Below are positions 57,164 through 64,000 of a DNA stretch of 64,000 bases, in pieces. How positions within the stretch are numbered: the first letter of the stretch is position 1; every line of letters begins with the position of its first letter. The notes beneath the pieces were generated by a model. It ran no database searches, was not told the origin of the DNA, and saw only the letters and a program-made list of their open reading frames with translations. The DNA is taken from contig CBDBDQ010000005.1 in assembly GCA_965203905.1 (NCBI GenBank), positions 672,001 through 736,000 of the forward strand. The letters run 5' to 3'. Source of the stretch: Spirochaetia bacterium (GTDB lineage Bacteria > Spirochaetota > Spirochaetia > SZUA-6 > Bin103). The position numbers and the translations under genes were made by a program.

Positions 57164-57562
57164 GTGAACAATCTCAATTCCGTGCTTTTGGAAGGGAACC
57201 TGTGCCGGGATCCCGAGCTTCGCTACACGCCGAAGGGCACGCCGGTGTGCACCCTGGTGCTGGCTTCGAACCGCTCCTACAAGGTGGAGGGCGAACGCCA
57301 GGAGGAGGTCTCGTTCGTCGAGACCACCACCTGGGGCAAGCTCGCCACGGTGTGCGCCGAACACCTCGCCAAGGGGCGTGGCGTGCGCGTGGTCGGCCGG
57401 CTCAAGCAGGACCGCTGGGAGGACTCCGAGGGCAACGCCCGCGCCAAGGTCGTGATCGTGGCGGAGCAGGTCGAGTTTCAGCCGCGGCGGGCCGCCAACG
57501 GCGAACGCAACGGCGCCGCCGCTGGCGAACAGGCCGAGCCGGCGGCGGAGCTCGCATCGTAA
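57164..57562 (+). CDS. ssb: Single-stranded DNA-binding protein (short)
   Basis: 'MNNLNSVLLEGNLCRDPELRYTPKG', 'WGKLA..C..L.KGRGVRVVGRLKQDRW'. AGGAGG RBS. Confidence 0.93.
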   Translation: MNNLNSVLLEGNLCRDPELRYTPKGTPVCTLVLASNRSYKVEGERQEEVSFVETTTWGKLATVCAEHLAKGRGVRVVGRLKQDRWEDSEGNARAKVVIVAEQVEFQPRRAANGERNGAAAGEQAEPAAELAS

Positions 57563-57724
57563 CCGTCCGGCTCTTGGGAGCGGCTCCGGCGTGCGCGGCC
57601 TACGGCCACCGCCCGGTGCCGCTCCCGGCGCCCCGCGCAACGAGCGACCCGCCGAGTCGAGCGTGAAGGACTACGTACACCGGCCGCACGACAGCTCGTT
57701 TCGTGCGGTGAGTTGAAAGGACGC

Positions 57725-58303
57725 ATGGCGCAGCTCACAATGCGAGCGGTGAAGTCGAATGCAACCCCGGATGCGCGCTCCGGCGCGTCTCCGGCGCCAT
57801 CCAACGCGGGGCAGAACCCGCGGGCGGAGCGGGACACCGCGGGACCGATTCTGTTCATCGACGGGCATTGCGTCCTGTGTCAGCGGGCGGCCCAGTGGGT
57901 GCTGCGTCACGACCGCCGCGGACGGGTGGCGCTGGCCGCGCTGCAGGGCAGGACCGCGCACCGGCTGCTGCCCGCGGCGCTGTGCGGGGAAGGCGATGAA
58001 GATCGGCGGACGGGGATCTTCCGCCAGCCGGCACCTGCGGACCAGCCCGCAGCCGTCGGCCCCGGATCGCTGGTGTGGCGCGGGAGCGACGGCCGTATCC
58101 GCCTCCGGTCGGCGGCGGTGCTGGCCGTCGCGGTGGCGCTCGGCGGCTGGTACCGGGCGGGCGCCGCGCTGCTATGGCTGGTGCCCGCTCCCCTGCGCGA
58201 CGCCCTCTACCGGGCGCTGGCCCGTCGCCGGAGGCGCTGGTTCGGGACTACCGACCGCTGCCGGCTGCCCGCCGAGTCGCAAGGAAACCGGCTGCTCGAC
58301 TGA
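57725..58303 (+). CDS. DCC1-like thiol-disulfide oxidoreductase (DUF393)
   Basis: 'LFIDGHCVLC' (DxxCxxC), 'VP..LRDALYR..ARRR.RWFG...C'. The start codon is uncertain. Confidence 0.85.
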   Translation: MAQLTMRAVKSNATPDARSGASPAPSNAGQNPRAERDTAGPILFIDGHCVLCQRAAQWVLRHDRRGRVALAALQGRTAHRLLPAALCGEGDEDRRTGIFRQPAPADQPAAVGPGSLVWRGSDGRIRLRSAAVLAVAVALGGWYRAGAALLWLVPAPLRDALYRALARRRRRWFGTTDRCRLPAESQGNRLLD

Positions 58304-58445
58304 CGATGCCGGCACGATGGCGGTAACGCAGGTACCCCTGACGACCTTGCCGGCCTGGTGGTAGGCTCGGGGTATAGCAGCCGAGCAACCACGGTGCTCG
58401 GAGAGTCTCGCCCGGCCGCTCAGCGGTGCCGGCGAAGGAGGCGCA

Positions 58446-58832
58446 TTGGAGGTCCTGTTTCTGATCGGCCGCCTCATGGCCGCGTTGATGTACCTGCTGT
58501 TGGGAGTCAACCACTTCGTCAACCTGCCCGAACTGATCGACTACGCCTACCGACGCAAGGTGCCGGTCCCGTTGGTGTCGGTTCCGCTGACGGGCTTGGC
58601 GCTGATCGCGGGGGCGTTCTCCATCGGCCTCGGGTTTCACCCTACCGCCGGGGTCATCATCGTGGTGGTGTTTCTGTTGCTGTCGGCTCTCCTGGCGCAC
58701 CGCCCGTCGACGCAGGACGACACCCGCGCGTGGCAGCAGGAAAAGCTCAACTTCATGCGCAACATGGCCCTGGCGGGCACCACGCTGATGTTGCTGGCCA
58801 TCCCGTCGTGGCCCTATTCGGTGACGCCGTAG
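58446..58832 (+). CDS. DoxX family membrane protein
   Basis: 'LFLIGRL...GVNHF' and 'NFMRNMALAG'. AAGGAGG RBS before TTG. Confidence 0.85.
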   Translation: MEVLFLIGRLMAALMYLLLGVNHFVNLPELIDYAYRRKVPVPLVSVPLTGLALIAGAFSIGLGFHPTAGVIIVVVFLLLSALLAHRPSTQDDTRAWQQEKLNFMRNMALAGTTLMLLAIPSWPYSVTP

Positions 58833-58868
58833 CCAGCCCGGCCGTAGCCCGCCCGGCGAGTCGTCCAG

Positions 58869-59195
58869 CTACCGGTGCCCGCGGCGGAACAGCCCGCTGA
58901 GGAAGGAGATACCCCCGGCGGCGATCAGTATCACGCCGCCGACGCCGACCAGGCCCTGCAGCAGGGAGCCGAACAGCAGCATGACGCCGCCGCCCGCCAC
59001 GCTGAACCATCCGGTGCGGCGCATGTGCGGTTTGGTCAGTACCGTCCACAGCCCCCACCCCACGGCTACTGCGGCCAGAATCACGCGCGATACCGGATTC
59101 AGCAGGATGCCATTGGCCAGCAGGATGGCCAGGCCGCTGCCGGCCAGAAACAGGGCGCCGGGTGCTCCGGGCGCCAGTTGTCGCCGCTCATCCAT
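58869..59195 (-). CDS. Small hypothetical membrane protein
   Basis: 108 aa with about four hydrophobic Gly-rich segments. Fits the gap between DoxX and the hydrolase. Confidence 0.6.
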   Translation of the reverse strand: MDERRQLAPGAPGALFLAGSGLAILLANGILLNPVSRVILAAVAVGWGLWTVLTKPHMRRTGWFSVAGGGVMLLFGSLLQGLVGVGGVILIAAGGISFLSGLFRRGHR

Positions 59196-59228
59196 GGCGC
59201 AAAGGTACTGAACCGGCGGCGGCGACGG

Positions 59229-59990
59229 CTACCGGCGTATGCAGCGCTGCAGCTCCGCGCCGGTGATGCTCGGACACCAGAACTGCTCGATGTAGTTGAT
59301 CGCCAGCTCCAGGCCCGCGGCGTGACTGACGTAGGGCGGCCGTGCCGGGTTGTACATGCAGTCGGTCAGGTCGCGCACCAGGTAGACCGGGATTCCCCAG
59401 CGCACCAGCTGCTTGATCGAGAAGCTGCGTTCGAGGACGCACATGTTGGTGTGGACACCCGCCAGCAGCACGGTCTCGATGCCGCGCTGGCGATAGTAGG
59501 CGAGCAGCTCGCGACCATCGTCGCCGATTGCGTCGAGCCCGGGGTCGATCCACACCCCCGCGTGCTGACGAGTCCAGCGGACGGGGCTCCGAGGCGCGTC
59601 ACCGGTGGTGTCCGAGGAATCGCTGCCGTCGATCGGGTGTGGCGGATCCGGGTGCGGCAACTCCGCCGGGACCGGGACCGGCGGCGCCTTCAGCACCCGC
59701 TTGCGGGCGGGGTGTTCGGCATATGCCTGCATGGTGCCCGATGGTGCGTGCACCACCAGCATTCCCAGGTCGCGTGCCGCGCGCGCGGTGGCGTCGATCT
59801 GCGGCAACAGCAGCTCCAGGCGCTCCTCGGCGCCGCGGCACCAGTGATGGTTCCAGACGTCGCACAGCAGCAGTGCGGTACTCGCCGGATCCAGCTCCAG
59901 CGGTTCCTCGTGCAGTCGCCAGCCGCGGTAGCCGTGCGCGTCCAGGGTCAACTCCCGCCGCCGCGCGGTGAGTTGCAGTCGCTTCTGCAT
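59229..59990 (-). CDS. Isochorismatase/cysteine hydrolase family protein
   Basis: Motifs 'TALLLCDVWNHHWC', 'VVHAPS', 'LAGVHTNMCV' and 'VRDLTD.MYNP'. Confidence 0.85.
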   Translation of the reverse strand: MQKRLQLTARRRELTLDAHGYRGWRLHEEPLELDPASTALLLCDVWNHHWCRGAEERLELLLPQIDATARAARDLGMLVVHAPSGTMQAYAEHPARKRVLKAPPVPVPAELPHPDPPHPIDGSDSSDTTGDAPRSPVRWTRQHAGVWIDPGLDAIGDDGRELLAYYRQRGIETVLLAGVHTNMCVLERSFSIKQLVRWGIPVYLVRDLTDCMYNPARPPYVSHAAGLELAINYIEQFWCPSITGAELQRCIRR

Positions 59991-60088
59991 GACCGGGAGA
60001 GCGTACCACGCCGCTGCCGCACGGTCATGCGTTGCCAGCGGTGCCGGCGCGTGGCATGGTGCGCGGCGGATGGCTCTCGCGGAGCACC

Positions 60089-60907
60089 ATGCCTGAGTTG
60101 CCGGAGGTGGAGACCACCCGGCGCGGCATCCGGCCCCATCTGCTGGGACGCCGGGTGCGTGACGTGGTAGTGCGCCAGCGGCAACTGCGCTGGCCGGTGC
60201 CGCCGGAGCTGGAGGCTGAGTTGCCGGGCCGTGCGATCCGCGCAGTGGAACGGCGTGCCAAGTACCTGCTGCTGGAGATGGCGCCGCCAGGGACGGTGCT
60301 GCTGCACCTCGGCATGTCGGGGAGCCTGCGCGTGATTCCGGCACCCACCCCGGTAGCCAGGCACGACCACCTGGACCTGGTGCTCGACGACGGCTGCGCG
60401 TTGCGCTTCACCGACCCACGCCGCTTCGGCACCTGTCTGTGGCTCACGGACGGCCCGCGCCGGCACCCGCTGCTGCGCGACCTGGGTCCCGAGCCGCTGG
60501 GCCCGGACCTCACGGCCGATCATCTCTACGCCCGCGCCCGCCGCCGCCGCAGCGCCGTCAAGGCGTTTCTCATGGATTCCCATATCGTCTGCGGTGTCGG
60601 CAACATCTACGCCAACGAGGCGCTGTTCCGCGCCGGCATCCATCCCTTGCGCGCCGCCGGCAACATTTCGCACCGCCGCTATGCTGTCCTGGTGGACGCC
60701 GTGCGCGCGGTCCTGGAAGCCGCTCTCGGAGCCGGCGGCACCACCCTGCGTGACTACCGCGACGCGGGCGGACGCCCCGGCTACTTCAGCGCCCGGCTCG
60801 CGGTGTACGGGCGCAACGGAGAGCCGTGCCTGCGCTGCGGCGGCACCGTTCGCCTGGTGCGCGCCGGCCAGCGCAGCACCTACTACTGTCCCCGCTGCCA
60901 GCGCTGA
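60089..60907 (+). CDS. mutM: Formamidopyrimidine-DNA glycosylase
   Basis: Motifs 'MPELPEVET', 'RRAKYLL', 'HLGMSG', 'DPRRFG', 'GVGNIYANE' and the C-terminal zinc finger 'CLRC...CPRCQ'. Confidence 0.98.
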   Translation: MPELPEVETTRRGIRPHLLGRRVRDVVVRQRQLRWPVPPELEAELPGRAIRAVERRAKYLLLEMAPPGTVLLHLGMSGSLRVIPAPTPVARHDHLDLVLDDGCALRFTDPRRFGTCLWLTDGPRRHPLLRDLGPEPLGPDLTADHLYARARRRRSAVKAFLMDSHIVCGVGNIYANEALFRAGIHPLRAAGNISHRRYAVLVDAVRAVLEAALGAGGTTLRDYRDAGGRPGYFSARLAVYGRNGEPCLRCGGTVRLVRAGQRSTYYCPRCQR

Positions 60908-60922
60908 GCACGTACACCGCCA

Positions 60923-61921
60923 CTACAGCGGCGTGACCGAGATCAGCCGATCTTCCTCGCGCGGTCCCAGCTCGTTGCGCAGCGGTCGCCCGAAGGTGGC
61001 CGATTCGATCTCGAACCGGTCACCGGTCTGCGCGGCGACGCCGGCGGCGAAGCTGAGCGCGGCGGTACCGAGAAAGTGGCAGTGCAGGTCGCCGGGGCGC
61101 CGGAACGCCGGGTACTTGAAGTGGTGGTGCTCCAGGTTGGCCAGGCTGTGGGTCATGTTGGCTTCGCCGGTCCTGAACCGCTGCGACCAGATCGCATCGC
61201 CGTCGCGTACGACGCGCACCTCGATTTCCACCGTAGCCGGCAGCTCGCCCAGGAGCAGCTCGGGACCCACCGAGCACGCGCGCATCTTGGACGCCGCGAG
61301 GTAGAGGTAGTTCTCCCGCTCGACCACGTGGTCGGAGAATTCGTTGCCCAGCGCGTAGCCGATGCGGCGCGGCCGGCCGTCGCGCCCGATCAGGTAGAGC
61401 GCCGCCAGCTCCGCCTCCTCGCCGCCGTCCCCGGCGAACCCCGGCAGCGGCAGCGGCTGCTCGGGCGCCACCAGCGCGGTGCCGTCGCCCTTGTAGAACC
61501 ACTCGGGCGCGACGCCGGCCCGCCCCGGCGCCGGCTTCCCGCCCGCGACCCCGCTGCGAAACATGCGGATGGAGTCGGTGACCTCCTCGGCCGTGCCGGC
61601 TCCTCCGCCGCCGTGCATGGCGTCGCGCGCCATGGCGCTGCCGGTGTGGTTGAGTCCGGTGCCGGAGAGGATGAGGTGAGCGGGGTCGGGATGATGCACC
61701 GGAGCGAGCAGGCGTGGCTCCGCCACCAACTCCGCGTAGTCAGCGTAACGCCCGGCGAGCCGCGCCCGCACCACGTGCTCCAGCGGTTCACCGCTCTGCT
61801 CGGCGATGCCCGCCAGCTCGCGCACGGAGGTCGGCTCCGTCAGTTCCTCGATCCGCTCGCGATCGCGCACCACGCCGACACCCACGCCACCGCCTGAATT
61901 ACGATATTGCAGCAGCCGCAT
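60923..61921 (-). CDS. AraD1/GguC family fumarylacetoacetate-hydrolase-like sugar-acid dehydratase
   Basis: Motifs 'HPDPAHL..SGTGL.H.GSA', 'PEWFYKGDG', 'DGGEEAE', 'GNEFSDH..ERENYLYLA.SK' and 'NLEHHHFKY'. Confidence 0.9.
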   Translation of the reverse strand: MRLLQYRNSGGGVGVGVVRDRERIEELTEPTSVRELAGIAEQSGEPLEHVVRARLAGRYADYAELVAEPRLLAPVHHPDPAHLILSGTGLNHTGSAMARDAMHGGGGAGTAEEVTDSIRMFRSGVAGGKPAPGRAGVAPEWFYKGDGTALVAPEQPLPLPGFAGDGGEEAELAALYLIGRDGRPRRIGYALGNEFSDHVVERENYLYLAASKMRACSVGPELLLGELPATVEIEVRVVRDGDAIWSQRFRTGEANMTHSLANLEHHHFKYPAFRRPGDLHCHFLGTAALSFAAGVAAQTGDRFEIESATFGRPLRNELGPREEDRLISVTPL

Positions 61922-63222
61922 GTCCTACTGTACAGGCAAGCTGCATGGAGGGTGTTGACCGACGCAGGTCACGGAGTTGGCAGCACCAGCATCTACGCTT
62001 CAATCCCGAGACTGGCCGCGAAGTCCCGCAAAGCGGCGGGCGTCTTGACGCCGAGCAGTCGGAACGATTCCGAGAACGACGTGCGGCCACCCAAAGTGCT
62101 CGTCACCAGTGCGTGACCGAAGCGCCGGCCCACACGTGTTCTGAGCGTCGGGAAAAAGCTCCCGCCACTGGTTCCGGGAAACGCCTGCAAACGTTCGAAC
62201 TCGGCCTGGTACGCCGAACGGAACGCGCCATCGCCGAGTGCTCCCGAGTCATGGATCCTTCGCAGGACCACCAAGGTGCTAACCTTGAAGCGTCGAGCAA
62301 GACGTGCCAACGCCGCGGCGAGGTCCTCACCCGCACGTAGCTCGTTCCGCAAGATCGACAGCGGCACCAGAAGCTCGGCTGCCACGCGGTTGCACCATGC
62401 TTCGACGGTATGCGACGAGACTGCGTTCAGCGCCGAATCCGAAAGCGCGGACTCGCCCAGCCAGAGGTGCGCCAATTCGTGTGCCAGAGTGAACATCTGG
62501 GCGGCCTTCGTGTCGGCTCCATTGATGAACACGAGTGGAGCGAGGTCGTCCGCGAGCGCGAATCCACGAAACTCTTCGGGGTCGAGCTTGCGATGGGTGT
62601 TGTTGCCCACGACGCCGTTCACCATCACGAGCACGCCAAGAGAGTCCGTGGAGTCGATCAAGCGACGCAGCGCCTCGGTCCACGTGGGCAGTGCCGCCTG
62701 CGCTGCAAGGTCGAGATCAAGCGAGTTGCGCATAAGGGCTGCGACTCGTTCGATGCGGCTCGCCGTCGTCTCCGAACCAATGAACGGCAGCGGGGCGCCC
62801 CCTTCGGCGCGGACAAACTCCCGATACCACTCCTGGCGTTGCTGGCACAGGTAGATCGTGCTCAGCAGGTTGGGGCTCGGCTCCCGAACCGGGAGGCTGC
62901 CGACCGTGCGCAGGTCCGGGATCGGCAGCGCCTCGCGAGGCGGCTTGGTGAGGAAGAAGTAGCCGACCGGCGCGTGGGTCACGTTGGCGAGCTTCTCGAC
63001 CTGCTTCAGCGTGGGCAGGGCAAGCCCGCTCTCCCACTCGTGGTACTTCGGAAACCGGCGCGCCAGCGCGTCCGCCTCGATGCCCGCACGCTCGCGTGCC
63101 CAACGCAGCAACTGTGGTCTGACCGGCGCGCGTATCATCATGGACGCCACCTGCGGAAGTCCGCCTGCACGTCACCCAACCGCCCTTCGTACGTGGGTTC
63201 GGGGAGCTGCAGCAGCCGCATG
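61908..63222. repeat. 15-bp direct repeats (TGCAGCAGCCGCATG) flanking the IrrE gene
   Basis: Identical copies at 61908-61922 and 63208-63222. On the minus strand the repeat reads C-ATG CGG CTG CTG CA, the araD1 start. Confidence 0.8.
61993..63141 (-). CDS. XRE-HTH + ImmA/IrrE (DUF955) zinc metallopeptidase
   Basis: N-terminal 'LLRWARERAG...WESG..LPTLKQ'. Also 'NGVVGNNTHRKLDPEEFRGFAL', 'FTLAHELAH' (HExxH) and 'CNRVAAELL'. Confidence 0.93.
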   Translation of the reverse strand: MMIRAPVRPQLLRWARERAGIEADALARRFPKYHEWESGLALPTLKQVEKLANVTHAPVGYFFLTKPPREALPIPDLRTVGSLPVREPSPNLLSTIYLCQQRQEWYREFVRAEGGAPLPFIGSETTASRIERVAALMRNSLDLDLAAQAALPTWTEALRRLIDSTDSLGVLVMVNGVVGNNTHRKLDPEEFRGFALADDLAPLVFINGADTKAAQMFTLAHELAHLWLGESALSDSALNAVSSHTVEAWCNRVAAELLVPLSILRNELRAGEDLAAALARLARRFKVSTLVVLRRIHDSGALGDGAFRSAYQAEFERLQAFPGTSGGSFFPTLRTRVGRRFGHALVTSTLGGRTSFSESFRLLGVKTPAALRDFAASLGIEA

Positions 63223-63368
63223 CCGCGATTCTACACGATCGCCCTCCGCAAATTCGGTAGTATCGAGATGTGTCTCGATCAGAGCTCGCAGCCGTTCTTC
63301 GTGCAGGTCGCTCGTAGCGGCGGTGAGACTACCGTCAGCGTGCTGTAGACGGTAGTGTTGGCGGCGCC

Positions 63369-64000
63369 ATGATGGAGCGACTCCAGTTGGGCCGCGGCGG
63401 CCCGGAAGTCAGCAGGCTTGCCTACGGCTGCGCCGCCCTGGCAGGTCCGTGGGAGGCCGGAGAGCTGACCCCGGAACGCCGCAGGCAGGCTCTCGATGCG
63501 CTGGAAGCGGCGCTGGCGGCCGGCATCGATCACTTCGACTTGGCCGATGTCTACGCCTACGGGAGAGCGGAGCAGGCCTTCTCCGCGATCTGGGAACTCG
63601 ATACGGCGCTGCGCTCGCGCGTCATCGTCCAGAGCAAGTGCGGCGTGGTGCGGCTCCCCGGCGACCGCTCGCGCATCTACTACGACTCGAGTTGCGATCA
63701 CATCGTCGCCGCGGCACGGGCGAGCTGCAAACGCCTGGCCGTCGACTACCTCGATCTCCTGGTGCTGCACCGGCCCGACGTGCTGATGGAGCCGGAAGAG
63801 GTGGCGGCCGCGTTCGACCGCCTGCACGCCGCCGGCGAGGTGCGCCACTTCGGCGTCAGCAACTACTCCGCGGCCCAGGTCGAGTTGCTGGCGGCGGCGC
63901 TGGACCGCCCGCTGGTGGTCAACCAGCTCCAGTTGAGCCTGGCCCACCCCGACCTGATCGACGAGACGGTGGTGGTGAACGACGCGCAGCCGGAGTGGGC
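63369..64000 (+). CDS. Aldo/keto reductase (YdhF-like), partial, runs off the window
   Basis: Translated by hand: 'MMERLQLGRGGPEVSRLAYGC...AALAAGIDHFDLADVYAYGRAE...VQSKCG...YLDLLVLHRPD...VRHFGVSNY...NQLQLS'. Confidence 0.9.
   Translation, partial: MMERLQLGRGGPEVSRLAYGCAALAGPWEAGELTPERRRQALDALEAALAAGIDHFDLADVYAYGRAEQAFSAIWELDTALRSRVIVQSKCGVVRLPGDRSRIYYDSSCDHIVAAARASCKRLAVDYLDLLVLHRPDVLMEPEEVAAAFDRLHAAGEVRHFGVSNYSAAQVELLAAALDRPLVVNQLQLSLAHPDLIDETVVVNDAQPEW

Noticed and set aside
1-64000. tRNA, rRNA, IS transposase, integrase or prophage
   Set aside because: No recognisable motif for any of these. A tRNAscan/Infernal/ISEScan run would be needed to exclude them formally.

Overview
This is a high-GC bacterial chromosomal window. 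The SSB sequence (MNNLNSVLLEGNL..RDPE) and the 'A(T/G)G-x-EE' N-termini of the solute-binding proteins suggest a Spirochaetota organism, which is an inference. The backbone is sugar and sugar-acid uptake and catabolism: eda, uxaC, FucU/RbsD, mmsA/iolA, GH32, araB, AraD1, LarA, two sulfatase-like hydrolases and TIM-barrel isomerases. It also carries four ABC importers with no ATPase gene, plus hemB, ssb, mutM and an ECF42/YciI pair with its cognate promoter. About ten toxin-antitoxin or defence-type modules are interspersed. In several of them the antitoxin is retained while the toxin has been destroyed by an early frameshift or an internal deletion. The most notable observations are: (i) an SRA-like/HNH nuclease next to a toxin-antitoxin-SecB chaperone (TAC) module whose toxin is internally deleted and fused in frame to an antitoxin ending in an ssrA-like 'AVAA' tail; (ii) an HTH-IrrE gene bracketed by a 15-bp direct repeat that is the start of araD1; (iii) duplicated, diversifying SBP/permease genes with an in-frame chimeric relic; (iv) a 953-aa uncharacterised enzyme in an importer locus; (v) widespread apparently leaderless genes. 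I recognised no tRNA, rRNA, CRISPR array or transposase/integrase.
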